In this document: positions 21,837-33,347 of the stretch, piece after piece
Layout: every line of letters begins with the position of its first letter
Position numbering within the stretch: position 1 is the first letter of the stretch
NCBI GenBank assembly: GCA_008369845.1
Contig: MRSU01000013.1
Coordinates: 1 to 64,000, forward strand
Source: Trichomonas gallinae
Taxonomy: Eukaryota
Length of the DNA stretch: 64,000 bases
Direction: 5' to 3'
The notes under the pieces: model-generated
The model's input: the letters and a program-made list of their open reading frames with translations, nothing else
What the model was told of the DNA's origin: nothing
Databases searched by the model: none
Position numbers and translations under genes: made by a program

Positions 21837-22639
21837 TATATTATTTGTATTTTATTATAAAAATTTGTTTGTTATTCCTATTTAAATCAACTTAATTTTT
21901 ATGTGTTCAATAAATTATTAATAAAACAAATTTTCAAATTATCTATACTAAGATGCCTATTGATGCAATGCAAATAAGATGACCATTGGATATAAAATCA
22001 TATTGAGATCTTATATTTCAGGTGAAATCGGTGGATTAGCTCATTAAAATTTTCGAGTCAAAATATCATTAAAACCGGTATTGCTACATTGTATAGTGCT
22101 CGAATAAGGAGAAATCATTAATTTCATTTAATTTTAATCGTACACTTATGCTTTCATCAAATTTCTGAATTTTAATGAATATACAACTGTATTGGAACCT
22201 AGTTTTGATACAAATAGAATAGAATTATAATATGCACATTATTGGTATCCGAGCCGCATCTGAATGGGACATCTATTGATATGCTTGCAAGTAAAAAATC
22301 TAGAATTGGTGGAATTTCAACTTCAAATTCCCACAGGTTAAAAAAGAAAATTCTTTTGAAAACAAAACAATATTAAAAGTGACACTTTACATGTCAGATT
22401 TTTGTTTGAAATCCGACACACACTAAAAAGGGTGTGAATCAAAAGTGACATTTGGAAAATCTATTTGCAGCAGTCACATAAACAACATCAGGATGATTCC
22501 TCATGGCGTCTTTGGAACTGCCACAGTTAGTTTCTGCTGGGCCAGGACAAAATCGGAATTTTTACAGTGCATTATACACCCCTAGTATTTATATCCTTGT
22601 TTTTAGAAGTGACTTCTTTTGTGATAAAACATTCATTAA

Positions 22640-25066
22640 GGTTATTTTCCTGCTCAGGTTAAAAGTGACATAAATAAGGATAAACGGATATCATCGTCGA
22701 TCATAGAATTAAAGAATGTAGTACCTGATGATCTTTCTAATGGACATTATACTATTGGCGCTAGCTATAAATATACATTCCTTAAAGGAAATGAGAAAGA
22801 TTATTGTTTTATCAAAGTTTGCGATTCTTTATTAAGCTTCACATTTGAACCTGATTCTCAATTAGAAACAATTGGTCCATACTCATTTTACAATTGCAAC
22901 AAGCTTCAAATAATTAATTTATCTTCATGCTCTAAATTACGCACTATTGGTTCATATGCGTTTTCTAAATGTACATCAGTTACCAGTCTTGAACTTCCAG
23001 AAGGATTAACTACGATTAGCCAATTTTCTTTTTCTTATATTTCAACTATTCAATCTGTTTTCATTCCTTATTCCGTTGAATCAATCCTAACATCTGCTTT
23101 TGGTGCATGCAAAGGTTTGTCAGAAGTAATTTTTGCTCCGAATTGCAAATTATCTGATCTCTCTGATACTACTTTCATATCGACTAATTTGAAGAGCATC
23201 CAAATTCCATCATCAACAACTAAATTCAGAGGTTCAGCATTCAATCAAGTTACTACTTTAGAGTCAATAACAATAGAAGATGAGAATGCTGTATTCGATG
23301 GAGATGGTAAAGCTGTTTACAATAAACAACGTACGATAATTTATTATTATGCTTCAGCAACAACTGGCACTTTTGAAATTCCCAGCACTGTGACAACAAT
23401 AGAATGGGGATGTTTCATAAGTTCTCAACTTTCCAACATTATCATTCCAGATTCTGTAACATTAATTAGTGCATGGACATTCGTTAGAACTCCAAATTTG
23501 AAGTCGATAAAACTACCATCAAACATTACTGAATTATATCAAAATACTTTTTATATCTCCGGATTAACGAATATAACAATTCCAAATAAAGTTACCAAAA
23601 TTGGAGCCAGTTGTTTTGAACAATGCAGAAACTTAGAGTTTATTTTCCTTCCAAATAGTTTAACTGACTTAGGAGGAAATGTAATTAAGGATTCTAATGC
23701 TAAATTTGTTTTCTCGAATGAATCTAATTTCCAAATTACTGATGATCTGCTGCTGATGGATAAAAGCGAAACTTTTGTAACAATGTTTTATTCGACAGAT
23801 ATAACATCAGTTACAATTCCTTATACCGTAAAAACGATAAAAAGAGGTGCATTTCAAAATAAAGTTAATTTGAAAACAGTAACTTGCAGTGGTAATTCAC
23901 AGCTCGAAAGTATTGAAAATGATGCATTCAATGGATGTAAAAGTCTAGTTAGCTTCTTTGAATTCCCTTTGATCAAAAATATTGGAATGCGTGCTTTCTA
24001 TGGAACAAATATCAATCATGCAATAGTATTTGGCGTTAGTCTTTATGCGTTGTATGAACAAGCATTTTATAATTGTCAAAAAATTCCATCAATTGAGTTC
24101 AAATCAAATGTTGCATTGAAAATTGATAAAGAAGTTTTCTATCAATGCATAATGATTTCATCAATCAAGTTTTCAGGTGCATCAGATGTCACACTTGGTG
24201 ACAGTGTTTTCGATGGCCTTGAAAAAATAGATTATTTGTACATTCCTTCATACATCAAAAGTGTTGGCATTCTTTGCTTTCGTGGATGCAATTTTTCAAC
24301 AGTTGAGTTTGAAAACAACGAGTTCTTTCCAGGATATATTCCATATGGTACATTCAAAGACTGCTCAAACCTTTGGAACATCACAATCCCATTAAATGTT
24401 TCATCGATCGATGGTCAATCTCTGTCCGGGACGAACATCAAAAAACTCATAATTCCAGACAGTGTCACCGAACTCGGTCGTCAATGCATGAAGGGGTGCT
24501 ACAATCTCACCACAGTGACTATCAGCAGCAATTCATTGTTGTCCACAATCAACTATGGTGTCTTCGATGGTTGTCGCCAGTTCTCAACACTGACAACATT
24601 CACAAGCAATTTCTTCGTCACAGACTCAAACGCACTTTACAACATCGGCAAAACAAAGATGATTGTCTACCCACCTGCATCCCCGAACAAGTTCTTCTCT
24701 CTTGCATACACAGTGACTAGTCTTGCCGAGAGCTCGTTCATCGGTTGTATCAATCTTCAGTCTATAATGATTCCTGACAACACAGTCAGATCTATTGGTG
24801 CAAGTGCATTCGAAGGGTGTGTTAATCTTAAGTACATCAATTTACCTCTTTGTGTTGAAATTATTGGTGAGAATGCATTTCTTGGTTGCCGCAGTCTTAT
24901 CTGTGGGAGCATCCATTACGAGAACAAGACATCATCATTCCGTCGACAACTTGTTCTCAGTGGTGCCTCTCCATCATCTCTCCACGAATGCAAGTTTGAA
25001 ACATGTCACTCTACATACTACTCATACTTCAAATATCTTTTAACTGCTGTGTTTATTTTAATATAA
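22640..25066 (+). CDS. BspA-like TpLRR surface protein, 5' end apparently disrupted (possible pseudogene)
   Basis: Many TpLRR repeats (ITIPNKVTKIGASCFEQCRNL). The frame is open from 22640 but has no ATG until about 23756; a signal-like LVFISLFLEV segment lies upstream in another frame. Confidence 0.75.
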   Translation, partial: GYFPAQVKSDINKDKRISSSIIELKNVVPDDLSNGHYTIGASYKYTFLKGNEKDYCFIKVCDSLLSFTFEPDSQLETIGPYSFYNCNKLQIINLSSCSKLRTIGSYAFSKCTSVTSLELPEGLTTISQFSFSYISTIQSVFIPYSVESILTSAFGACKGLSEVIFAPNCKLSDLSDTTFISTNLKSIQIPSSTTKFRGSAFNQVTTLESITIEDENAVFDGDGKAVYNKQRTIIYYYASATTGTFEIPSTVTTIEWGCFISSQLSNIIIPDSVTLISAWTFVRTPNLKSIKLPSNITELYQNTFYISGLTNITIPNKVTKIGASCFEQCRNLEFIFLPNSLTDLGGNVIKDSNAKFVFSNESNFQITDDLLLMDKSETFVTMFYSTDITSVTIPYTVKTIKRGAFQNKVNLKTVTCSGNSQLESIENDAFNGCKSLVSFFEFPLIKNIGMRAFYGTNINHAIVFGVSLYALYEQAFYNCQKIPSIEFKSNVALKIDKEVFYQCIMISSIKFSGASDVTLGDSVFDGLEKIDYLYIPSYIKSVGILCFRGCNFSTVEFENNEFFPGYIPYGTFKDCSNLWNITIPLNVSSIDGQSLSGTNIKKLIIPDSVTELGRQCMKGCYNLTTVTISSNSLLSTINYGVFDGCRQFSTLTTFTSNFFVTDSNALYNIGKTKMIVYPPASPNKFFSLAYTVTSLAESSFIGCINLQSIMIPDNTVRSIGASAFEGCVNLKYINLPLCVEIIGENAFLGCRSLICGSIHYENKTSSFRRQLVLSGASPSSLHECKFETCHSTYYSYFKYLLTAVFILI

Positions 25067-25077
25067 AAACATTTGAA

Positions 25078-25170
25078 TTACCGATAATCCACCTTTCTTA
25101 ATTTTATGTTGACATCTGCACCATGCTCAACAAGATATTGGATAATTTCCAGTAATTTTTTATTAATTGC
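25078..25170 (-). pseudogene. Ankyrin-repeat fragment
   Basis: LEIIQYLVEHGADVNIK is a single ankyrin half-repeat with no intact gene around it. Confidence 0.6.
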
Positions 25171-26547
25171 AATCGAAAGAGGACAATGATAAATATAATA
25201 ATAAACAAGTGTGATTAATATATTCCCTAAAAAAAAGGATAAACAAATGTAATTGAGAGATATTTGGATAAAATATAATATAATGAATTTGAGCGCATAC
25301 ACTGACTAACATCAATTATCTCATGCAATATACATAAGCATAGCAAATATTTGCTATATTAGATATTTTCGAAATTTTTATTGTTTGTAATTTTGAAATG
25401 TATGTATAGAATTACATTCGAATAAGTGCATTTGTTCGTTTACATCTATTCTCATCAAACAAAATCAGTAATTATTATTATTTTGATTTTATATAAATAG
25501 GAAAAACGACTATTCTCTTATATACACTATCACATTGCACGTTAGTAAGATAATGCATATCAGTAAATAATCACTTGTTCTATTATTTGACGTAAATGGA
25601 AAAAAAAAACACGTATTAAAATGAGATTGAAAGCATTCATTAACGCTGAATGACTGATAAAATCCGAAAATGTATCAGTCAGTAAAGATTTTAAGTGCTC
25701 ATGTCGATAACTTGTAATTTATAAAAATACGGATTTGATTGGTAATATAAGTTATATTCGAGATTTGATTTATAAACAAAGCTACTTATCGATGGATCTA
25801 TTATTATGAGCCTATGAGCATATCCGGTTACAGTAATGACTATTATGCATGTATAGTCTGTAGAAATGAATACGGGTTGATAAAAATCGCGTCAAATACT
25901 GATATTTCTTGATCAAAACTCAATATGAATTTCGAAATCGTTATTTGCTTTTCTAGACTGCTCAGATAACAGTAGTTGACACAATTCAAGCTAATACTAG
26001 CTGAGTACCCTAGAAAAGTAAGTAAAACGTAATATTTAGGAAACTTCTTACTAATATTTGCTGGATCTACAAGCTAAGAACATAAGAATTGTATCTTGGC
26101 CAACTGTAGATACAAATACAGAAGAGAGTAGAAATGTCTAATATTTATTGTGGAGTAACGTAGCTTTTTGCGTCGATTTGCCTCATATATCGCTACAATA
26201 AAGTAAAATACGAGGTATTTTAGCGCTTAAACTATGAAATTTGCATTTCAATGAGGACTGAAGACCTCTACAGGGTATTTATGCTCATATTCCATTCCAG
26301 TAATGCTAAGTCAGCCGGTCTAAGTGTCGTCTGAATGGATGATGAATGCTAAGTCAATTGAAAACTCTCAAAAGATGAGATTTGTTATTTATTATTGTCA
26401 ACAGAATTTTGACATGTAAATTATGATTTGACAGAAATGGTGTAAGATTTTATCAATTACAAATTATATGTTAAACAAAATTATCCATAAATTAAAGATT
26501 TGACGATAGAATGAATTTTTGAGAGCTGATTGTAATTAATTTATCAA

Positions 26548-26691
26548 ATGGAGACACCTGAGATCGCTCTTCTCGTTGTTGTTATCCTGTTGGCGCTCAT
26601 CATTGCTGCTTTAGTCACTGTTTACTTCTTCGTTTCTAAGAAGAAGAAAGAAGAGAATTCAGCTAAACATCATACGGAAATTCAACCATGA
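26548..26691 (+). CDS. 47-aa single-pass membrane microprotein (below ORF-track cutoff)
   Basis: METPEIALLVVVILLALIIAALVTVYFFVSKKKKEENSAKHHTEIQP*: clean TM helix followed by KKKK, GC-richer than flanks, tandem TGA TGA stops. Confidence 0.7.
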   Translation: METPEIALLVVVILLALIIAALVTVYFFVSKKKKEENSAKHHTEIQP

Positions 26692-27110
26692 TGAACTTTA
26701 CCACTTTGTCCGTCATTTTCATTGTTTCTATTAAACATCGGTATTTTATTCTGTTTTTAAATCTCAATTCAATATTTTTCGTATTTTTACAGATTTTTTT
26801 CTACTTTCATTAATTGGATAAACATAATGTTCTAATTATTCTATTCTAATTAATTTTTTTTCAATAAAAAAATATATTAACCATAATCATTTGAACTGAT
26901 TTGTGGGCCAGTATATGGTGATAAATGTTAACCATATAGCTATGTAGTTTTGGCCAAAAATTGAAAAATCAAATCTGAAGAAAAAAATATATTCTTAGAA
27001 ATTAAACTGGCTCTGACATTTTGAGGGTTTCTATGCATAGTGATTGTTATTGTCTATGAGTTGAAGAGAAAAAGTGAGATTAATTAAAACAATACAAAAT
27101 ACAAACAGGT

Positions 27111-27566
27111 TTAGAAGATAATAGAATTGTTGATATATCTTGGAATCGCATGGTCCACAACTGTTGGCTCAGTAGAAGAAGCCTTATATCTAAGATTCTT
27201 TGATGACTTTTGGATAGGTTCACTATACACAGACACTAAAAGCTTCTTAATTGAAGGTGCTAGTAAACTATCATCAAGAGACGTGCAAAAATCATTAATT
27301 TCAGTCATACGAGATTTCAATATTTCGGAAAATTGACTTTTCTTATTAGATTTAATAGAGTTTAATAATTGTGATATTTTAAATCTCTGTAAATCTGTTG
27401 TTTGCTGATCCATAATATAGTCTAGCAAAGAGTTTATCAATCTGCGATAAGCCGCACCCTGCAGACGTAAGATGCTGCTCTGTGTTGATTGGAGGAACGA
27501 AAGAGTCCAAGTTCCATCACACTTTTTGCTTTCTTCGACGATGGCAGTATAGAGAGATGTAGACAT
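27111..27566 (-). CDS. Hypothetical small alpha-helical protein
   Basis: ATG at 27566 (MSTSLY) in an AAAATG context; 151 aa; weak VHS/ENTH-like helical pattern only. Confidence 0.6.
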   Translation of the reverse strand: MSTSLYTAIVEESKKCDGTWTLSFLQSTQSSILRLQGAAYRRLINSLLDYIMDQQTTDLQRFKISQLLNSIKSNKKSQFSEILKSRMTEINDFCTSLDDSLLAPSIKKLLVSVYSEPIQKSSKNLRYKASSTEPTVVDHAIPRYINNSIIF

Positions 27567-27803
27567 TTTGAAAAATTTAAGTATATTTTTTGAGAAGAAA
27601 TTGGTTTTCAACAAAATTTTGTAAAAATACGTGGAAATACACGTGCAGTCTGTATTTCAAGTTAATTTCATGATTTGAAATTAAATTCAAAAAATAAAAA
27701 AATTCTGAATGCACATTGAAATTCAGCACGTTATAATTTATGAGAATAAAACACTGTATTTTGATTTATAAGTTTAATTTTAAAGTTTTGGTTTTTACGT
27801 CAG

Positions 27804-28560
27804 CTAAGAAAATTTGAGAAGTGTTATAAACAATTGAGAAGGTGATAATATATAGTCTTTTTTATGGAAAACTCCCTCATTATAGTCAATATTTGTGTCA
27901 TAAGCGATTTGATAAATTTTACACCCGGAAATAAATGTTAGATAGGCAATATGATAAGAATCATAATTACAAATGACCAATTTTAAACATTTAACAATAT
28001 TGAAAACATTCAATTTGAATACAGTTTTGTCATTTGATACATCTATTATTAATGAATTTATATCACATTTCGAAGAAATTGTTTTAATCACATTCTCAAT
28101 TTTTTCTATTATGCACACACAATTTTTGAAAGCTACCTAATTTCGAAGTTTTAATCATGCTTTGTAGACATAATCTCGCTAGATTTGATGATTTATTAAA
28201 ATTGAATGTGTTTTTATCCACATTTCAAATTTCGCTCTCAAAAACTATTAAAATTACAAATTGTGTTAAGAAATTTCATTTATTCACAATCTGTTAACGC
28301 AACTTTAAGTCTCTAATGCGATGATATTGCAGGATTCCACTATGGTTTCTAAGTTTTATCCCACAAGGTTTATTAATTTCCTTAGCACTGGTTTATTTCA
28401 ACCCTTAATGGAAATTGAGCATTATATCACCGCAAATTTTCGATTTTAATTTCTCGAACAAAATTTAATGATTCATAATAGGATTGAGAAAATCTTTGAA
28501 ATACTTCGTTTTTGTAAACTGGCTCTAAAACTAATGCTTTTCCATGATAAATTTCGCATT
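27804..28560 (-). pseudogene. Possible decayed gene of unknown family
   Basis: Broken coding-like frames including the 104-aa non-ATG ORF 27804-28118; no recognisable domain. Confidence 0.3.
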
Positions 28561-28794
28561 GTTTAACATTTAAAAAATCCGATTTTTAAAAATTTCAAAG
28601 ATAAATTTGTAATTTTTTGTATTAATTTCTTATTCATTAAATTTTTTCACGAAGAAAAAACTTGGTAAACACGCGTGCACTCAATGAGATATGCATAGAT
28701 TCACGAGGTAATTTGAAAAATCACAAACATTTGGAAAAAATATGTCAAAATCTGTAAATCGTAGCAGTCTACAATTAAATCTTTAAGTATATTT

Positions 28795-30426
28795 CTACTC
28801 ATCATCGTTTGTTTCTGGCTTCTTCTCTGGTGTGACCTTGATTAAGTCATCGATACGGAGAATTGTAATAGCAGCTTCTGTAGCGAACTGGATTGACTTG
28901 ACCTTCGACATACCTGGCTCAATGACACCATCCGACATACCATCGCGGATCTTGCCATTGACTAAGTCAAGAGCAGCGAAGCATTTCTCACCCTTCTGCT
29001 GGGCCTCGTAGTGGGCAGCCCTAAGCTTGGCGACGAGGTCAATTGAGTCAAGGGCAGCGTTGTTGGCGAGGATCTTTGGAATGACAAGAAGAGCTTCGCC
29101 GAACTTGAGCATAGCAACCTGTTCCTTGCCTTCGTAGTCCTTAGCGATCTGTGAGAGGTAGACGGAAAGGGCAGCCTCAACAGCACCACCACCAGCAACG
29201 ACGTGCTTTGACTCGATAACTCTCTTAACGGCGTAGAGAGCATCGCGAAGAGATCTGTTAGCTTCTTCGAGTGTGAATGTGTTTGGACCTCTGAGAACGA
29301 TGGAAGCAGAGTTCTCCTTGGCGCAGCCTCTGAAGATTGTCATCTGGTTGTCGCCAACTGGAACTTGTTCGATTAATTCGGCCTCACCGAGCCAAGCTGG
29401 GTCGAAAGACTCACCACCATCCTCGTTGAGGAGCTGGGAGACGACTGTAGCGCCTGTAGAGCGGGCAAGGTGCTGAATTTCAGCATCAGAAACATGGCGG
29501 ATGCCAATTGCGCCAGCCTTGACGAGTGGCTTGAGGGAGGCCTCGTCAATGGACTTGGATGTAACGATAACGTTAGCTCCAGCCTTGAGGATAGCGATAA
29601 CAGCGCGCTCAGCAGCGAGAACTTCCTCCTGCTGGATTGCCTGAAGCTTGGAAGCATCGTGGAGGCGGAACTGGATGCCCATTGGAAGGCGTGTGCGCTG
29701 GAGACCGAAATCAAGAACGGCAACCTTAACCTTCTCGAGGCGGCGTGGGAATGCCTCAGAAGCGCGTGTAGCGTTGAGAGCAACACCAGCTGTGACGATT
29801 GTTGACTCTGGGAGTGACTTGCCGAGAGATTTAACGATGTTGACTCTGTTTGTTGGGCACTTGCCGGCTGGTGTCTTGACAGCGAGGCAGGCATCAACAA
29901 CCATGTTGCCGAAGAAGTCGGAGTAAGCGTTGAGGATCTTTGAGTTCATTGAAGTCTTTGCGACCTTGAGAAGAACATCACGATCAAGATTTTCGTTGGA
30001 AACAGCGCAGCTCTTCTTCAAGAAAGCGATTGCCTTCTTAGCAGCAGCGCGATAACCAGTGATGATTGTATTAGCGTGAACTTTCTTGTTGATGAGGTCC
30101 TGACCGAGTCTCAAGAGCTCAGCAGCGAGAAGAACAACTGTTGTTGTGCCATCGCCGACTTCGCGGTCCTGTAATTCGGAAAGCTGGATAAGAACTTTGC
30201 CAGCTGGATGCTGGACGTCTAAGTGGTTGAGAATTGTTGCACCATCGTTTGTGATTGTGACCTCACCGATATCATCGACGAGCATCTTGTCGAGGCCGAT
30301 TGGGCCCAATGAAGAGCGGACAACGTTAGCAACAGCCATAGCAGCACGAACGTTCTGGACGCGGACGTTCTCGCCCTGCTGGCGCTGTCCGTCGATCTTG
30401 AGGGAGCCTGGTGTGACTGGGAGCAT
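28795..30426 (-). CDS. TCP1: Chaperonin CCT/TRiC subunit alpha (TCP-1 alpha)
   Basis: SSLGPIGLDKMLVDDIGEVTITNDGATIL, EVGDGTTTVV, VVAGGGAVE, KSIQFATEAAITILRIDD; strong codon bias. Confidence 0.95.
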   Translation of the reverse strand: MLPVTPGSLKIDGQRQQGENVRVQNVRAAMAVANVVRSSLGPIGLDKMLVDDIGEVTITNDGATILNHLDVQHPAGKVLIQLSELQDREVGDGTTTVVLLAAELLRLGQDLINKKVHANTIITGYRAAAKKAIAFLKKSCAVSNENLDRDVLLKVAKTSMNSKILNAYSDFFGNMVVDACLAVKTPAGKCPTNRVNIVKSLGKSLPESTIVTAGVALNATRASEAFPRRLEKVKVAVLDFGLQRTRLPMGIQFRLHDASKLQAIQQEEVLAAERAVIAILKAGANVIVTSKSIDEASLKPLVKAGAIGIRHVSDAEIQHLARSTGATVVSQLLNEDGGESFDPAWLGEAELIEQVPVGDNQMTIFRGCAKENSASIVLRGPNTFTLEEANRSLRDALYAVKRVIESKHVVAGGGAVEAALSVYLSQIAKDYEGKEQVAMLKFGEALLVIPKILANNAALDSIDLVAKLRAAHYEAQQKGEKCFAALDLVNGKIRDGMSDGVIEPGMSKVKSIQFATEAAITILRIDDLIKVTPEKKPETNDDE

Positions 30427-30454
30427 TTCTTATGTGGCCGGGAGAAATTTCCTA

Positions 30455-30480
30455 AAACCGTTCACATTCCTATAGCCGTT
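30455..30480 (-). promoter_or_regulatory. Two Myb-like/M3-type core promoter elements upstream of TCP1
   Basis: Minus-strand AACGGCTA (30473-30480) and AACGGTTT (30455-30462) fit the trichomonad M3 consensus DRCSGYTD as recalled. Confidence 0.5.
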
Positions 30481-30620
30481 TATTAATTAGGCTTTTGCTT
30501 ATTTTCCTCTTATTCTATTGTTTTTGGAATTGCTTATTGATACTATATATGATTTTCGAATAAAAACATGGGATTGATGAGTGGTCAGATGAAATTAGAG
30601 GATCTGTCACCTTTTTATAT

Positions 30621-31113
30621 TTGTCATGTAATTAATTATTTTGACACGTAACTTATCTAACGTCATTTTTTATAATTTTGCCATGTAAAACTATTTTTGT
30701 CATGTTAAATTAGAACGTGTCATGTAAACTTGAATTTGCCATGTTACATTAAATTTGTCATGTAAATTAAGTTTTGCTTTGTCAAACTTGACATGTCATG
30801 CAAATATTTGACATGTTGGTAAATCAATTTGCAACAACAATTTTGCTAAATTTCTAGTATCATAAAGATTCACAACTTAATCAATATGGAGCTTAAACAG
30901 TATATTTCCATTGCTATCATTCATGACACTTAAAAAATTTTATTTTTGTCAGTATTTCGATTTGTTTATTAAATTATAGTTCATTTCTTTTATACAGACA
31001 TTATAATTCTTATGAGATGGCGTCTTTTATATTTCCGGAGTTATGATAAAGTTCGATCATTATGTGTCATCTTTAAAGTGAAATGCCATGTAAAACTATA
31101 TTTTGTCATGTAA
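30621..31113 (+). promoter_or_regulatory. Array of TTG(T/C/A)CATGTAAA motifs between TCP1 and IFT88
   Basis: Copies near 30621, 30641, 30678, 30697, 30717, 30736, 30755, 30788, 30808, 31084 and 31102; mostly 19-20 bp apart. Confidence 0.75.
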
Positions 31114-31166
31114 ATCATACAATTTCCTTGTATTGTGAAATGATTGTTTTGTAACGAACAAATTTT

Positions 31167-33347
31167 ATGACATCGCGTTTAACATCATCACGTGCCCGTC
31201 CTCCGACTTCTTCTCGGCCGATGTCGAGTCGCAAGGGAGCGGGTTATTCATCTGACGGACTTGGGACATCTGGTGGCAAAAAAGTTATTTCACCTTTAGA
31301 TCATGTTCGCGATTCATTCGCACAATTCATCAAAGACACATCGGATGCACCAGAAAACAAGGTAAAAAAGTTCAAAAAGGATATTATGGATGCCATCATC
31401 GCTTCTTCGAAAGCTTTACAACCAGATAACTATGATGCTGCACAAGCACTCAAAATGGCTAAAGAGGCGAACACACAATTGAAAGCACTACAAGATTTCA
31501 TAACAGCTAAGAATTACGAGGAATTAGAATTCAAAACATACAAATACACGGTTTTGATGCAGTTAGCTGATGCATACAAAGCCAACTCCAACTACGAAGA
31601 AGCTATACATAAATACGAACGATTACTTAAAGATCACGAATATCCGAATATGTTTATGCCTTATCTAGAAATAGGAAACATTAATATGGTATTAGGAAAG
31701 TACGAAGATGCCGTCAAGAACTATAATATGGGCATAAACTACTTGAAACCAGAGCACAACAGATTTAAAGCGAGATTTAATCACGCTTGCGGCGTTGCCC
31801 AAATCTGCCTTGGCCAGTATCACCAGGCACCGTCAGCATTCGAAACAGCAATGAGACTCGATCCATCTATCAAAACTGGTTTTAATCTTGTATTATGCCA
31901 CGCAATCCTTTCTGCACCAGAGGATTGCAGAGAAGCTTTCAAGGCTATGATTGGTGTCAAGCCAATTACAACTGTAAGCGACATCAGTGATGTTTTAGGA
32001 AATCAATTACACGTAGAACGCCGCGAACAAATAAGATTAGTCATGCTCGCTAGCCGTATTGTTGCCAATAAGACAGATAAAGACTGGCAGGAAGCTTACG
32101 AGTTCGTAATGCAGAAATTAAAGCAATCGAAATTCCCAGAAGCAACAGGCGAATTCGAAATTGCTTATTCTCTCGCTCACCTCGATCACAGAAATGCAGA
32201 CAAAGCCATCGACATGCTTAGAGGCATCAGGAAGAAAGATCCAGCTCTTATGGCTCTCGCGGCGACAAATCTTTCGTTTTTGTACTACTTGGAGCAAGAT
32301 TACGAGAACGCAGACAAGTACGCAGACATAGCTCTTCAACATGACAAATACAACGCTCAAGCTTTAGTTAACAAAGGAAATTGTTTGATGCAATCTAATC
32401 ACGAAGAAGAAGCACGCGATCAGTACCTGGAAGCTATTGGTGTAGAAGCTGACTGTGTTGAAGCCCTCTACAACCTCGGTGTTGTCTCTAAAATGATGGG
32501 CCAATACGAAGAATCCTTACAAGTATTTGAGAAACTTCAAAGAATCATTCCTAAGTCTCCTGAAGTTGCATTTGAGATCTCAGACTGCTACGAGAAAGCA
32601 GGCGTCACACCAAGTGCTACAGAGTGGCTGCACAGGCTTCTAAACCTTCAGCCGAAGGATCCAGCAATTTGGAGAAGAATCGGAGCAATTTGGGACAGAG
32701 ACGGAAACGAAAACCAAGCATTTCACTGCTACACAGAGTCATACAAGTTCTGTCCATCAGACATAGAAGTCATACAGTGGCTAGGCTCCTATTTCAGGAA
32801 GAAACAATCATACGATCAGGCCTTGAAGTTCTTCCAGCGCGCGAGCGAACTTGCTCCTAAGCAGCCGAAATATCTTATGATGGTTGCAAGCTGCTACAGG
32901 AACATGGACATGAAACAAGAAGCCTTGAGCACCTACGAGAAAGTTATACAGCTGGATCCAAATAGCAAGCAATGCTTGGAGCATTTGATTAAATTAACAA
33001 CAGAAATGGGATTAACAACGAAAGCAGACTACTACCAAAGACTCCACAAAGACCTTATGGATAGAATCGCGTTAGCTCAACAAGAAGAAATGGAGATGCA
33101 GCAGCAGAATGATATTAACATGGGATTCCAGCCGCATGAATTCGGCGCACAAAATAATCTTCCAGATGATGACGATTTCGGAGGAAGACCGAAAGATAAT
33201 GTTATGGATTTCGGCAAGCAGAAAGAAAATGTTGTTGCACCGGCTTTGAGTGTCGATGCAAACACGAAAGGAATGGTACAAGCTGCAAGAGCAGGAGAAG
33301 GTGATGCTGGAATGTGGGATGATGTTGATATAGATTTACCTGATTGA
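31167..33347 (+). CDS. IFT88: Intraflagellar transport protein 88 (TPR)
   Basis: AATNLSFLYYLEQDYENADKYADIAL..DKYNAQALVNKGNC..YLEAIGVEADCVEALYNLG..AFHCYTESYKFCPSDIEVIQWLGSYF..LMMVASCYR. Confidence 0.93.
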   Translation: MTSRLTSSRARPPTSSRPMSSRKGAGYSSDGLGTSGGKKVISPLDHVRDSFAQFIKDTSDAPENKVKKFKKDIMDAIIASSKALQPDNYDAAQALKMAKEANTQLKALQDFITAKNYEELEFKTYKYTVLMQLADAYKANSNYEEAIHKYERLLKDHEYPNMFMPYLEIGNINMVLGKYEDAVKNYNMGINYLKPEHNRFKARFNHACGVAQICLGQYHQAPSAFETAMRLDPSIKTGFNLVLCHAILSAPEDCREAFKAMIGVKPITTVSDISDVLGNQLHVERREQIRLVMLASRIVANKTDKDWQEAYEFVMQKLKQSKFPEATGEFEIAYSLAHLDHRNADKAIDMLRGIRKKDPALMALAATNLSFLYYLEQDYENADKYADIALQHDKYNAQALVNKGNCLMQSNHEEEARDQYLEAIGVEADCVEALYNLGVVSKMMGQYEESLQVFEKLQRIIPKSPEVAFEISDCYEKAGVTPSATEWLHRLLNLQPKDPAIWRRIGAIWDRDGNENQAFHCYTESYKFCPSDIEVIQWLGSYFRKKQSYDQALKFFQRASELAPKQPKYLMMVASCYRNMDMKQEALSTYEKVIQLDPNSKQCLEHLIKLTTEMGLTTKADYYQRLHKDLMDRIALAQQEEMEMQQQNDINMGFQPHEFGAQNNLPDDDDFGGRPKDNVMDFGKQKENVVAPALSVDANTKGMVQAARAGEGDAGMWDDVDIDLPD

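Noticed and set aside
25660..26360. Coding-like or snoRNA-like composition (also 21950-22560 and 36020-36420)
   Set aside because: All frames are broken and no domain or paired C/D boxes were recognisable; probably decayed genes but unsupported.
28962..30475. Multiple overlapping and antisense ORFs within TCP1 (likewise in the Sel1, Nup98-like and Nup188-like genes)
   Set aside because: Shadow ORFs expected from strong codon bias and low-complexity coding; no independent protein features.
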